This document shows positions 18,814 to 29,443 of a stretch of DNA of 64,000 bases, piece after piece. Within the stretch, counting starts at the first letter, position 1, and each line of letters opens with the position of its first letter. The stretch is taken from the NCBI GenBank assembly GCA_937129365.1, contig CAKZNB010000030.1:9429-73428 (forward strand), in the 5' to 3' direction. Both the position numbers and the translations under genes were made by a program. The DNA comes from an uncultured Flavobacteriales bacterium. GTDB lineage: Bacteria > Bacteroidota > Bacteroidia > Flavobacteriales_D > CAJJDF01. Under the pieces are notes generated by a model. That model did no database searches, was not told where the DNA came from, and saw nothing but the letters and a program-made list of their open reading frames with translations.

Positions 18814-20064
18814 TTATTTATGCTTTTTGATAATCAAAGTTGCATTATGTCCTCCAAATCCAAATGTGTTTGATAGTGCATAATTAACTTCTCTTTCTTG
18901 AGCTTTATTAAACGTAAAGTTTAGCTTCTCATCGAGTTCAGGATCTACTTCTGTGTGATTGATTGTAGGGGGAACTATGTTTTCTGTAACAGCCATTACA
19001 CAAGCAAGCGCTTCAATAACTCCGGCAGCTCCTAATAGGTGTCCTGTCATAGATTTTGTTGAACTAATGTTTAAGTTGTAAGCATGTTCTCCAAAAACTT
19101 GTTGAATTGCTTTTGCTTCAGCAATATCTCCAAGTGGCGTAGAAGTTCCATGAACATTAATATAATCAATTGCTGTAGGTTCAATTCCTGCATCTCTCAA
19201 TGCTTCTTTCATTGCATTACGAGCTCCCAATCCATCAGGATGTGGCGCTGTAATGTGATGTGCATCACCAGATGCTCCACCTCCAACTACTTCGGCATAT
19301 ATTTTTGCTCCACGAGCTATTGCATGCTCATATTCTTCGAGCATTAAAGCTCCTGAACCTTCACCTAATACAAATCCATTTCTGTTTTTGTCAAAAGGTC
19401 TAGAAGCATTTTGTGGTGCATGATTATCTTGTGATAATGCATGTAAAGCATTAAATCCTCCAATTCCTGTCTCAGTTACTGCAGCTTCAGATCCTCCAGA
19501 AAGAATCGCATTTGCTTTACCCAAACGGATGTAATTAAATGCATCAATCAATGCATTTGTAGAAGAAGCACAAGCTGAAACGGTTGCAAAATTTGGTCCT
19601 CTAAAACCATATTTAATTGAAATATGACCTGCTGCAATATCAGCTATCATTTTTGGGATAAAGAAAGGATTGAATTTAGGTGTTCCATCACCTTCAAAAA
19701 AGTTTTGACACTCATCTTGAAGTGTTTTAAGTCCTCCAATTCCTGCTCCCCAGATTACACCGATTCTATCAGTGTCAATTTCTTCAAGATTCATTCCTGA
19801 ATCTAAAACAGCTTCATCAGCTGTTACCATAGCATACTGCGAAAATACATCTAATTTTCTTGCATCTTTTCTATGGATAAACTCGTTTACATCAAAGTTT
19901 TTAACCTCACATGCAAATTGAGTTTTAAATTTTTCAGCGTTAAATTTTGTGATAGGTGCTCCGCCAGACACCCCTTTTTTAAGTGAATCAAAATAATCGG
20001 ATGCACTATTCCCGATAGGGGTTAGTGCACCGATTCCAGTTATTACAACTCTTTTTAATTCCAT
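18814..20064 (-). CDS. fabF: beta-ketoacyl-ACP synthase II
   Basis: 416 aa. Active-site ATVSACASSTNA, NVHGTSTPLGD, SMTGHLLGAAG, C-terminal NTFGFGGHNATL. Confidence 0.95.
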   Translation of the reverse strand: MELKRVVITGIGALTPIGNSASDYFDSLKKGVSGGAPITKFNAEKFKTQFACEVKNFDVNEFIHRKDARKLDVFSQYAMVTADEAVLDSGMNLEEIDTDRIGVIWGAGIGGLKTLQDECQNFFEGDGTPKFNPFFIPKMIADIAAGHISIKYGFRGPNFATVSACASSTNALIDAFNYIRLGKANAILSGGSEAAVTETGIGGFNALHALSQDNHAPQNASRPFDKNRNGFVLGEGSGALMLEEYEHAIARGAKIYAEVVGGGASGDAHHITAPHPDGLGARNAMKEALRDAGIEPTAIDYINVHGTSTPLGDIAEAKAIQQVFGEHAYNLNISSTKSMTGHLLGAAGVIEALACVMAVTENIVPPTINHTEVDPELDEKLNFTFNKAQEREVNYALSNTFGFGGHNATLIIKKHK

Positions 20065-20076
20065 AAGGAGCTAATT

Positions 20077-20310
20077 TTATTTAGCGTCATTAATGAATGT
20101 TACTGCATCTCCTACCGTAGCAATTTTTTCTGCTTGGTCGTCTGGAATTGCAATATTGAATTCTTTTTCAAATTCCATGATTAGTTCAACAGTATCCAAT
20201 GAATCTGCTCCTAAATCGTTTGTAAAGTTAGATTCTAAAGTTACTTCAGATGCATCTACACCTAATTTGTCAACTATAATCGCCACTACTTTATCTTGTA
20301 TTTCTGCCAT
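20077..20310 (-). CDS. acpP: acyl carrier protein
   Basis: 77 aa. [17 protein letters not shown] phosphopantetheine attachment motif. Confidence 0.95.
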   Translation of the reverse strand: MAEIQDKVVAIIVDKLGVDASEVTLESNFTNDLGADSLDTVELIMEFEKEFNIAIPDDQAEKIATVGDAVTFINDAK

Positions 20311-20416
20311 TTTTTTTTATATTTTAATGTTTAGATTGTGCAAATAAAATTAATTAATTCCTATTAACCAAGAATTCGCACACTACTTTCTTAACAAAGT
20401 CTGTTCCAAAAATGTT

Positions 20417-21157
20417 TTAAACCTTTGCTTTCATTAATTCTCTGTTCATTCTTGCAATGTTATCTAAGGATATACCTTTAGGACATTCTACCTCGCAAGC
20501 ACCTGTGTTTGTGCAGTTTCCAAAACCTTCAATATCCATTTGGTTTACCATATTAAGTACTCTATCATTTGCTTCTACTTGTCCTTGTGGCAATAATGCA
20601 TATTGAGACACTTTGGCAGAAACAAATAACATTGCTGATGAATTTTTACAAGTTGCTACACAGGCTCCACATCCAATACATGTTGCTGCATCCATTGCTA
20701 AATCAGCATCTGCTTTAGGAATTGGTAGTGAGTTTGCGTCTTGAGTATTTCCAGAAGTATTCACTGAAATATACCCTCCAGCTTGCTGAATTCTATCAAA
20801 AGCGCTTCTATCTACCATCAAATCCTTTAATACAGGGAATGAATTGGCTCTAAAAGGCTCGATATGGATTGTTTCTCCATCTTTAAACATTCTCATGTGA
20901 AGTTGACAAGTTGTTACTTTTCTGTCAGGTCCATGGGCTTCTCCGTTTATGTACATAGAGCACATTCCACAGATTCCTTCACGGCAATCATGATCAAAAG
21001 CTACTGGCTCTTCTCCTTTTTCGATTAATTCATCATTAAGGATATCCATCATCTCAAGAAAAGACATGTGTCCTTCTATATTAGATATAGGATAAGTAAC
21101 CATTTTACCTGGTGATTTAGCATCTTTCTGACGCCATATTTTAAGTGTTAAATTCAT
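20417..21157 (-). CDS. sdhB: succinate dehydrogenase / fumarate reductase iron-sulfur subunit
   Basis: Three Cys clusters: [33 protein letters not shown]. Confidence 0.92.
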   Translation of the reverse strand: MNLTLKIWRQKDAKSPGKMVTYPISNIEGHMSFLEMMDILNDELIEKGEEPVAFDHDCREGICGMCSMYINGEAHGPDRKVTTCQLHMRMFKDGETIHIEPFRANSFPVLKDLMVDRSAFDRIQQAGGYISVNTSGNTQDANSLPIPKADADLAMDAATCIGCGACVATCKNSSAMLFVSAKVSQYALLPQGQVEANDRVLNMVNQMDIEGFGNCTNTGACEVECPKGISLDNIARMNRELMKAKV

Positions 21158-21162
21158 AGCAG

Positions 21163-23178
21163 TTATTTATAAGATCTTTGCTTTAACTCAATGTTTTCGT
21201 ATTTCAATTCTTCTTTATGAAGTTGTGCTTCAGAAGGAGTTCCTTTGTATTCCCAAGCTGAAACAAATGTGAAGTTTTCATCATCTCTTTTTGCTTCTCC
21301 TTGTTGTTCTCCATCAATCTCTACTGATTCTTCTCTGAAGTGTCCTCCACAAGATTCTTCTCTTGTAAGTGCATCTTGAGCAAACAACTCTCCAAGTTCT
21401 AAGAAATCAGCAACTCTTCCAGCTTTTTCTAGTTCTCTATTTACTTCATTTACACCTCCAGGTACTCTTACATTTTTCCAGAAGTCAGCCCTTAATTCTT
21501 GAATCTCAGCTATTGCTTCTTTTAGTCCAGTAGCATTTCTTGACATTCCTACTTTGTTCCACATAATAACACCTAGCTTTTTGTGGAAATAATCTACAGC
21601 TTTTGTTCCGCCAGTGTTTATTAGTTTTTCCAGTGTAGTTTTTACGGAGTTTTCAGCTTCATTAAACTCATCTGTATCGGTAGGAATTTTTCCCGTTCTA
21701 ATATCATTTGATAAATAATCACCAATAGTGTAAGGTAATACAAAATATCCGTCAGCTAATCCTTGCATTAGCGCAGAAGCACCAAGTCTATTTGCTCCAT
21801 GATCAGAGAAGTTTGCTTCTCCGATTGCGTAACAACCTTCTACTGTTGTCATTAAATTGTAATCTACCCATAATCCTCCCATTGTATAGTGAGTTGCAGG
21901 ATAAATCATCATAGGTGTTTTGTAAGGATTTTCATCTACGATTTTCTCATACATCTGGAATAAGTTACCATATTTTGCTTCTACAATATCTTTTCCTAAA
22001 TCATAAATTCTTTGAGCAGAAGCATTTTCTTCGTTATGAATTTTTGCTTGCTCTTTTCCGTATCTTTCAATAGCTGATTTAAAATCTAAATAAACTGCTT
22101 CTCCAGTTTTGTTAACACCATAACCAGCATCACATCTTTCTTTAGCAGCTCTAGAAGCAACATCTCTTGGTACTAAGTTTCCAAAAGCTGGATACCTTCT
22201 TTCTAAGTAATAATCTCTTTCGTCTTCAGATAAATCGGTTGGCTTTTTCTTTCCTTCACGGATAGCCATTACATCATCCATGTTCTTGGGTACCCAGATT
22301 CTTCCGTCATTTCTCAATGACTCAGACATCAATGTTAACTTAGATTGATAATCTCCCGATCTTGGGATGCAAGTTGGGTGAATTTGTGTAAAACAAGGAT
22401 TAGCAAAGTAAGCTCCTTTTTTGTGAGTTTTCCATGCTGCAGTAACATTACTTCCCATTGCATTAGTTGATAAGAAATATACATTTCCGTATCCTCCAGA
22501 TGCAATTACAACTGCATGAGCAGAATGTCTTTCAAGTTCTCCGGTAATTAAGTTACGAGCAATAATACCTCTTGCTTTCCCATCTATTTTTACTATGTCC
22601 AACATCTCATGTCTGTTGTACATTTCAATTTTTCCTCTAGCAATTTGTCTGTTCATTGCTGAGTATGCTCCAAGTAATAACTGTTGTCCTGTTTGACCTT
22701 TTGCATAAAAAGTTCTTGAAACCAATACCCCTCCAAAAGATCTGTTATCCAACAATCCTCCATAATCTCTGGCAAAAGGAACTCCTTGAGCTACACATTG
22801 GTCAATAATATTTCCAGATACTTCTGCAAGTCTGTAAACATTTGCTTCTCTAGATCGGTAATCACCCCCTTTTACTGTATCATAAAATAAACGATAATTA
22901 GAATCTCCATCTCCTTGGTAATTTTTTGCTGCGTTAATTCCTCCTTGTGCCGCAATTGAATGGGCTCTTCTTGGTGAATCTTGGTAACAAAATGCTTTTA
23001 CGTTATAGCCTTGTTCGGCAAGGGTAGCTGAGGCAGAACCTCCAGCAAGACCAGTACCGATAACAATGACATCAATTTTTCTTTTGTTAGCAGGGTTAAC
23101 TAAGTCAATTTTATCTTTATAAGTTGTCCATTTATCTTTTAATGGACCTTCTGGGACTTTAGAATCAAGTGTGCTCAT
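21163..23178 (-). CDS. sdhA: succinate dehydrogenase / fumarate reductase flavoprotein subunit
   Basis: 671 aa. FAD-binding [34 protein letters not shown]. Sits between the cytochrome b and Fe-S subunit genes. Confidence 0.92.
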   Translation of the reverse strand: MSTLDSKVPEGPLKDKWTTYKDKIDLVNPANKRKIDVIVIGTGLAGGSASATLAEQGYNVKAFCYQDSPRRAHSIAAQGGINAAKNYQGDGDSNYRLFYDTVKGGDYRSREANVYRLAEVSGNIIDQCVAQGVPFARDYGGLLDNRSFGGVLVSRTFYAKGQTGQQLLLGAYSAMNRQIARGKIEMYNRHEMLDIVKIDGKARGIIARNLITGELERHSAHAVVIASGGYGNVYFLSTNAMGSNVTAAWKTHKKGAYFANPCFTQIHPTCIPRSGDYQSKLTLMSESLRNDGRIWVPKNMDDVMAIREGKKKPTDLSEDERDYYLERRYPAFGNLVPRDVASRAAKERCDAGYGVNKTGEAVYLDFKSAIERYGKEQAKIHNEENASAQRIYDLGKDIVEAKYGNLFQMYEKIVDENPYKTPMMIYPATHYTMGGLWVDYNLMTTVEGCYAIGEANFSDHGANRLGASALMQGLADGYFVLPYTIGDYLSNDIRTGKIPTDTDEFNEAENSVKTTLEKLINTGGTKAVDYFHKKLGVIMWNKVGMSRNATGLKEAIAEIQELRADFWKNVRVPGGVNEVNRELEKAGRVADFLELGELFAQDALTREESCGGHFREESVEIDGEQQGEAKRDDENFTFVSAWEYKGTPSEAQLHKEELKYENIELKQRSYK

Positions 23179-23186
23179 AGTCTATA

Positions 23187-23870
23187 TTAATGTTGTAAAA
23201 AGTGAAAAATTGCAATAAAAATGAATCCTGCTGGAACAACAATTGCAAATGCGTTTCCGAATTTTTTGATAAAGTTTTTTCCTTTACTTACTCCTACAGA
23301 TTGGAAAGAAGATTGGAATCCATGAAGTAAATGCAAGGCTAACAATACAAAAGAAATAATGTAGATAATAACTCTAATAGGGTCAATAAATTTTTCGCTT
23401 AATTCATCGTAGTATCTGTATCCGCTGTTTGGATTGTTAGGGTCAATCAATCCAGTCATATCTCCGTCAATATATTTTTCAGTGATTTCGTGAACCCAAA
23501 AATCATAAAAGTGAAGTCCTAAAAAAGCCAATACTACAAGACCAGAGTAAATCATATTTCTTGACATCCAATTAGAGTTTGCACTTGGTTTATTGTAAGC
23601 ATATTTTACTGTTCTTGCTCTTCTGTTTTGTAATTCAAGTACAATTCCCATAATGAAATGAAAAAATACTGCGAATATTAAAACGGGCTGTAAAGCGAAC
23701 TGAACTACAGGGTTAGTTCCCATAAACTGAGATACTTCATTGAATGTGTCAGGGCTTATTACTGATAGCATGTTGATGGTTAAATGCTGTAATAAGAAAA
23801 ACATTAAAAAGAATCCTGACAAAGCCATTAAGATTTTACGACCTATGGTAGTGAATTTTGATTTAGACAT
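23187..23870 (-). CDS. sdhC: succinate dehydrogenase cytochrome b subunit (b558 family)
   Basis: 227 aa, 5 hydrophobic helices with conserved His residues. First gene of the sdhCAB cluster, as in Bacteroidota. Confidence 0.8.
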   Translation of the reverse strand: MSKSKFTTIGRKILMALSGFFLMFFLLQHLTINMLSVISPDTFNEVSQFMGTNPVVQFALQPVLIFAVFFHFIMGIVLELQNRRARTVKYAYNKPSANSNWMSRNMIYSGLVVLAFLGLHFYDFWVHEITEKYIDGDMTGLIDPNNPNSGYRYYDELSEKFIDPIRVIIYIISFVLLALHLLHGFQSSFQSVGVSKGKNFIKKFGNAFAIVVPAGFIFIAIFHFLQH

Positions 23871-23982
23871 GTTTATTTATAGTTTTTTCTTGTATGTAAT
23901 GGTAAAAGTAACTTTTGAATAAATTTAAAGCAAGTTATAAGAACAAAAATAGCTTATTTATATAGATTCTTGATAAAAACTA

Positions 23983-23990
23983 TATCTTTG
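23983..23990 (+). promoter_or_regulatory. Bacteroidota-type -7 promoter box TAtcTTTG for cvpA
   Basis: Exact match to the TAnnTTTG consensus, ending 6 nt before the ATG at 23997. This argues against the track's upstream TTG start at 23970. Confidence 0.5.
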
Positions 23991-23996
23991 ATTCCG

Positions 23997-24518
23997 ATGA
24001 ATTTTATTGATGTATTTATTGTTGTAATCTTACTTTGGTTTGGTTACAAAGGGTTTAAGAAAGGACTTGTATTTGAGTTAGTAAGCATTGTTGCACTCAT
24101 ACTTGGGGTGTATGGTGGATTAAAATTTTCGGATACTACTGCAGAATATTTAGCATCTTACATAGATTCTGAATATTTGAATATAGTTTCTTTTACGGTT
24201 ACATTTCTTATTATTTTAGTGTTGGTTTTTGCTGCCGGAAAAGTTGTTGAGCGGATCATCAATATGGTTGCATTAAAGCTAGTTAACAAACTTTTAGGGG
24301 CTCTTTTTGCGGTTCTTAAAATTGGATTGGCTTTAGGTGTATTGCTTACTATTATTGAATCCTATGATAGTAAATTGAATTTTATTCCAAAGGAGACTAA
24401 AGAAAACTCAATACTCTACAAGCCACTATTGGAAGTGTCGAATAAAATTCTTCCTGAGATTGAAAAAAACAATTTATTCCAAGATTTAAAATCAACTTCT
24501 ATAACCGAAACAGAATAA
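23997..24518 (+). CDS. cvpA: CvpA family membrane protein
   Basis: MNFIDVFIVVILLWFGYKGFKKGLVFELVSIVALILG... is a typical CvpA N-terminus. Start moved to the in-frame ATG at 23997. Confidence 0.8.
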   Translation: MNFIDVFIVVILLWFGYKGFKKGLVFELVSIVALILGVYGGLKFSDTTAEYLASYIDSEYLNIVSFTVTFLIILVLVFAAGKVVERIINMVALKLVNKLLGALFAVLKIGLALGVLLTIIESYDSKLNFIPKETKENSILYKPLLEVSNKILPEIEKNNLFQDLKSTSITETE

Positions 24519-24549
24519 CTCAAGTTGTTTTTCGTATTTTTACTTTTAC

Positions 24550-27500
24550 ATGTTTAAACACTATTATAAATATTTCGGAATTGTACTGATTCTATTTATG
24601 TTTTCATCTAAAAATGGGGAAGCACAATTTTACAATGGTTCGTTTCAAGAGTTTGGAAAAAACAGGGTGCAAGAAGTTACATTCTTTTGGCAATACTATG
24701 ATTTTCAAAGATTCAGAGTTTTCTTTTATGGAAACGGAAAAGAGCATGCGGAGTATGTTGCTCGTTCTGCACACAAAAGTTTACAGGAATTAGAATTGTT
24801 TTTTGAAACAGAATTAGACTCAAAATTAGAGATTCTTGTATTTAATAAACAATCGGATTTTAAGCAAAGTAATATTGGGCTTACCAACGAAATATCCTCA
24901 AATATTGGGGGTAAAAATAATATCATTGGCAATAAGATGTTTGTGTATTTTGAAGATGATCATACTAATTTTGACAAGCAAATTAGGGCTTCGCTCGCAG
25001 AGGTTATTGTGAATAAAATGGTGTATAGAAGTAGTTGGAAAAAAGTAGTGAGAGGTTCTGCCACAATTGCTCTTCCTGAATGGTTTACTCAAGGTTTGTA
25101 TTCCTATAAATCAACTGAGTGGGACAGTGAAATTGATAACATTGTAAAAGATAATATCCTTAACGATAACTATAATAAACTAGGAAGAATACAGCCTGCT
25201 GATGCAAAATATGCTGGGCATGCGATTTGGAATTATATTGCTCAAGTCTACGGAGATGAAGTGATTCCTCAAATCTTGTATTTGGTAAGTATTTCGAAAA
25301 GCTTTGAGTCTAGTTTTAGGTTTGTTTTAGGAAAATCAACAAAAGCACTAAATGCTGATTTTGTAAATTATTATAAAAAGCAATACGAGAAAGATGAAAT
25401 GCAAAGAAAACTTCCTTTTCAAGAAGAGATTGCAATAAAGAAAAGAAAAAAGAAAGGGAAAATAACGCAATATAAAATAAGCCCTGATGGAACAAAAATA
25501 GCCTATAGCACCAATGATTTAGGGAAATATTACATCTGGATTTATGATTTAAGTACAAAAAAGTATACAAAAGTTCTTAAGAGAGGTTACAAAATAGAAA
25601 GAAAAGAAGATGAGTCTTATCCACTTCTTGATTGGCATCCTGATGGTAAAACATTGGCTTTTGTAGAAGAAAGACACGGAGCAGTTTTTTTCAATTTTTA
25701 TAACTTAGAATCAAAAAAAAAGAATGCGATTCAGGTTCAAAAAATAAATAAAATAACAAGCTTTAGTTACAACCATACAGGAACGCAATTTGTTTTTACT
25801 GGAGTTCAAAAAGGAAATGTTGATCTATACCTATATACTATTTTAGGAAATGGATATTTGCAGTTGACTAACGATTTTTATGATGAAATAGATCCTTCAT
25901 TTATTGAAAATTCATCTAAGATTATTTTTTCTTCAAATAGAAAAAATGACTCTTTATACATTGATTCCGAAAGAAAACCTCTTCCTTATAAATACGATTT
26001 ATATATCTACGATTTACAAAAGAAATTTCAAAGAACCCTAAAACGAGTTACCAATACACCAAAAGTAGATGAGTTTCAGCCTTATGAAGTTGCTGATAAA
26101 CAATATACATACACTTCTGATCAGAACGGAATTGTAAATAGGTATATAGCTGTTTTTGATAGTACAATTAGTTCAGTGGACACGGTAATTACTTACAGAT
26201 ATTACTCAAAAAGCTCTATTTTAACCGATTATAAGAGAAGTATTTTAGAATTGGATTTCACCCAAAACAACAATAATCTAGGGGTTTTGATGTATCAAAA
26301 TGGAGAATATAAGTTATACAAAGGGGAATTATCATTAGATAAAATGATTGCAACAGATGTCAGCAATACTTATTACCAAAATGTTGAGAATCAAAATTTT
26401 GAAAACCAAGAGAAAAAGAGTACTGTAGAATTACTTCAGTCAATTCCTATCATAGAAAGCGACTCAATAATAAATACCAAGAATTACCGATTTATAGAAG
26501 AAAAGCCAAAAAAGGTTATTGAAAAACCAATCGAAAATGAAATGGTTTTTATGAATCCTAATAATGAAATAGGTAAAAAGATTCCGAAAGTAGATGAAGA
26601 ATTTATATTACCTACAAGAAAGTTGTATAACATCAACTTTACTTTAGATGAGGTGACAAGTCAGCTAGACAATAACTTTATCAATAACAGTTATCAAGTT
26701 TTTAATCCAAATTCTCCTGTGTTTAATAATCCAAGTATTAATGTGTTTAATATGATTCAAATGAAGGATTTGATGGAGGATTACAGATTAATAGGAGGAG
26801 TTAATCTATCCTTTAATTTACGAGATAATGATTATTTAGTAGTATATGAAGATTTGGCTCAACGAATAGATAAAAAGTATTTATTTTCTCGCCAAGTATA
26901 TACCAATGATAATGGATTGTACCCAATTAGAACAATGATCCATGAGTTAAAATACAGACTGAAATATCCTTTTACAGAAGTATCAGCAATTGGCGTTACT
27001 TTTAATTTAAGAAACGATTTAACAGTTATTTCTTCAGTGGATAGACCAAGCTTAGAGTCCGAAGATATTTTTAGAAATATGGGAGGTGTAAAATTAGAAT
27101 ACATCTATGATAACACATTTGATAGAGGAATCAACTTGTATGAAGGAACAAGATTGAAGCTTTTTGGAGAATTTTATCATGAGATTTATGAAGAAAAAAC
27201 AGATTTCTTTGTGTTGGGAGCTGACGTTCGTCATTATCAAAAAATCCATAGAGAATTAACTTTTGCATCTCGTTTTGCAGCAAGCACCTCCTTTGGAAAT
27301 AGAAAATTAGTGTATTACATGGGTGGAGTTGATGGAGGTTTTATACCAAGATTTAATGAAGAAACAATTATTCCAACAGACAAAGGTTTTGCATTTCAAA
27401 CTATTGCCACACCAATGAGAGGTTTTATCCAAAACACTCGTTTTGGAAATAGTTTTGCCGTAATTAACTCAGAAATAAGATGGCCAATTTTCAGGTATTT

Positions 27501-27807
27501 TAGTCAGTATCCTGTACAAAGCAAATTTTTGTCTTCATTTCAAATAGTAGGTTTTGGAGATGTGGGAACCGCTTGGACAGGACCAAACCCTTATTCTCTT
27601 GAGAACTCATTCAACAAAAGAGAAGTGACACAAAAGCCGATAACAGTAATTCTCGAAAATCAAAGGGAGCCAATAATTTTTGGATATGGATTTGGATTAA
27701 GGGCTGAGTTATTTGGATATTTTGTACGATATGATTGGTCTTGGGGAATAGAGGATGGGGTTAATCAAGGCAGAATCAACTACTTTTCTCTATCTTTAGA
27801 TTTTTAA
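24550..27807 (+). CDS. large outer-membrane protein: TolB/WD40-like propeller region plus C-terminal Omp85-like beta-barrel (hypothetical)
   Basis: 1,085 aa with a signal-like N-terminus. TolB-type stretches: ISPDGTKIAYSTND, DWHPDGKTLAFVEE, IIFSSNRKND. The C-terminal ~300 aa show an amphipathic strand pattern ending YFSLSLDF. Confidence 0.5.
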   Translation: MFKHYYKYFGIVLILFMFSSKNGEAQFYNGSFQEFGKNRVQEVTFFWQYYDFQRFRVFFYGNGKEHAEYVARSAHKSLQELELFFETELDSKLEILVFNKQSDFKQSNIGLTNEISSNIGGKNNIIGNKMFVYFEDDHTNFDKQIRASLAEVIVNKMVYRSSWKKVVRGSATIALPEWFTQGLYSYKSTEWDSEIDNIVKDNILNDNYNKLGRIQPADAKYAGHAIWNYIAQVYGDEVIPQILYLVSISKSFESSFRFVLGKSTKALNADFVNYYKKQYEKDEMQRKLPFQEEIAIKKRKKKGKITQYKISPDGTKIAYSTNDLGKYYIWIYDLSTKKYTKVLKRGYKIERKEDESYPLLDWHPDGKTLAFVEERHGAVFFNFYNLESKKKNAIQVQKINKITSFSYNHTGTQFVFTGVQKGNVDLYLYTILGNGYLQLTNDFYDEIDPSFIENSSKIIFSSNRKNDSLYIDSERKPLPYKYDLYIYDLQKKFQRTLKRVTNTPKVDEFQPYEVADKQYTYTSDQNGIVNRYIAVFDSTISSVDTVITYRYYSKSSILTDYKRSILELDFTQNNNNLGVLMYQNGEYKLYKGELSLDKMIATDVSNTYYQNVENQNFENQEKKSTVELLQSIPIIESDSIINTKNYRFIEEKPKKVIEKPIENEMVFMNPNNEIGKKIPKVDEEFILPTRKLYNINFTLDEVTSQLDNNFINNSYQVFNPNSPVFNNPSINVFNMIQMKDLMEDYRLIGGVNLSFNLRDNDYLVVYEDLAQRIDKKYLFSRQVYTNDNGLYPIRTMIHELKYRLKYPFTEVSAIGVTFNLRNDLTVISSVDRPSLESEDIFRNMGGVKLEYIYDNTFDRGINLYEGTRLKLFGEFYHEIYEEKTDFFVLGADVRHYQKIHRELTFASRFAASTSFGNRKLVYYMGGVDGGFIPRFNEETIIPTDKGFAFQTIATPMRGFIQNTRFGNSFAVINSEIRWPIFRYFSQYPVQSKFLSSFQIVGFGDVGTAWTGPNPYSLENSFNKREVTQKPITVILENQREPIIFGYGFGLRAELFGYFVRYDWSWGIEDGVNQGRINYFSLSLDF

Positions 27808-27826
27808 ACTTAAAATACTTTTCATT

Positions 27827-28225
27827 GTGGATTTTCAAACACTCGCTTATTTAATATTAATAGGAGTAACAGCAGGCATATTATCTGGCTTTATAGGAAT
27901 TGGAGGAGGGATAATAATAGTTCCTGGATTAATTTATTTAGTAGGGTTAACTCAACTACAAGCTCAAGGAACAAGCCTTGCGCTTATGCTTCCTCCTATC
28001 GGAATTTTAGCATTTATGCATTATTACAAAGCTGGTAATGTAGATTTAAAAGTAGCTGGAATTGTTGCTTCAACTTTTATTGTAGGAGGATATTTTGGAG
28101 CAAAGCTTGCTCACAAAGTAGATGAAAATTTAGTTAAAATTATATTTGGAGTAATTATGTTATTGATTGCTATCAAATTGATTTACAACGGCATTAAACT
28201 TTATACGGGAAACTTAAATGGATAA
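27827..28225 (+). CDS. half-size TSUP (TauE/SafE, DUF81) family membrane protein
   Basis: 132 aa, GTG start, 4 TM segments, LSGFIGIGGGIIIVPGLIYLVG motif. Overlaps the next gene by 8 nt. Confidence 0.65.
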   Translation: MDFQTLAYLILIGVTAGILSGFIGIGGGIIIVPGLIYLVGLTQLQAQGTSLALMLPPIGILAFMHYYKAGNVDLKVAGIVASTFIVGGYFGAKLAHKVDENLVKIIFGVIMLLIAIKLIYNGIKLYTGNLNG

Positions 28226-29405
28226 TAATTTAGTAAATAAAATAAAAGAGTTTGCCTCTCAAAATTATGATGAAGTATTAGCTATCAGAAGGCATCTTCA
28301 TCAGAATCCTGAACTTTCTTTCCAAGAATTTAATACCTCAAAATATATTCAAGATGTTCTCACAAAACTAGAAATAGAGTTCGAAACTGGTTTTGTTAAA
28401 ACAGGTATAGTGGCTTTGATAAAAGGAAAAAATCCCGAAAGCAAAGTAATTGCATTAAGAGCTGATATGGATGCTTTGCCAATTTTGGAAGAAAATAACA
28501 TCTCTTATAAATCACAAAATAACGGTGTGATGCATGCTTGTGGGCATGATGTTCATAGTGCTTCTTTATTGGGTGTTGCCTCAATTTTAAACAAATTAAA
28601 AAGCGAATTTGAAGGAACTATAAAATTTATTTTTCAGCCAGGAGAAGAAAAACTACCGGGAGGAGCATCATTAATGATTAAAGAAGGAGTTCTTGAAAAT
28701 CCTTCGCCAAGAACAATACTTGGTCAGCATGTTTTTCCTGATTTACCCTTGGGGAAAGTTGGTTTTAGACCAGGAATGTATATGGCGTCAACCGATGAAT
28801 TATACCTTACAGTTAAAGGAAAAGGAGGGCATGCAGCTTTACCGCACAAATGTGTAGATACTGTTTTAATTGCTTGCGAAATAATTAGTTCTCTACAGCA
28901 AATTGTAAGCAGGCATGCCAAGCCAGACGTACCTTCTGTACTGTCTTTTGGAAAAATAAATTCTACTGGAGGAGCTACTAATATAATTCCTGACGAGGTA
29001 AAAATTGAAGGAACTTTCAGAACCATGAATGAAGAATGGAGAGAAAAGGCACACAAAAAAATGGTGAAAATTGCCGAAGGAATAGCTGAAAGTATGGGTG
29101 GAAAATGTGAATTTGAAGTAAGAAAAGGATATCCTTTTTTAAAAAATGACGAAAAAGTAACTCAAATTGCTCAAGAAGCTGCTATTGCTTATTTAGGTAA
29201 AGAAAATGTAATAGATTTGGATTTGAGAATGACAGCAGAAGATTTTTCATATTATACACAATCAATTCCTGGTTGCTTCTATAGGTTAGGAACAGGCGAA
29301 AGCACAGGATTACATACTTCAACATTTAATGTAGACGAAAAATCTCTTGAAATAGGAATGGGAATGATGAGCTGGCTTGCATTAAATTTACTTGATAAAC
29401 AATAG
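28218..29405 (+). CDS. M20D family amidohydrolase (N-acyl-L-amino acid amidohydrolase / hippurate hydrolase-like)
   Basis: 395 aa. ALRADMDALP, MHACGHDVH, FQPGEE motifs. Confidence 0.85.
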   Translation: MDNNLVNKIKEFASQNYDEVLAIRRHLHQNPELSFQEFNTSKYIQDVLTKLEIEFETGFVKTGIVALIKGKNPESKVIALRADMDALPILEENNISYKSQNNGVMHACGHDVHSASLLGVASILNKLKSEFEGTIKFIFQPGEEKLPGGASLMIKEGVLENPSPRTILGQHVFPDLPLGKVGFRPGMYMASTDELYLTVKGKGGHAALPHKCVDTVLIACEIISSLQQIVSRHAKPDVPSVLSFGKINSTGGATNIIPDEVKIEGTFRTMNEEWREKAHKKMVKIAEGIAESMGGKCEFEVRKGYPFLKNDEKVTQIAQEAAIAYLGKENVIDLDLRMTAEDFSYYTQSIPGCFYRLGTGESTGLHTSTFNVDEKSLEIGMGMMSWLALNLLDKQ

Positions 29406-29443
29406 AAATGTCTAAGTTTCGTTCTGAAATTAAACCCTAATAG

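Noticed and set aside
19084-20347. Plus-strand ORFs 19084..19347 and 20093..20347.
   Set aside because: They are antisense to fabF and acpP, both unambiguous.
23970-23996. Track start (TTG 23970) for cvpA, adding MIKTISLIP.
   Set aside because: A consensus TAnnTTTG -7 box lies at 23983-23990 inside this extension. The in-frame ATG at 23997 gives the canonical CvpA N-terminus.
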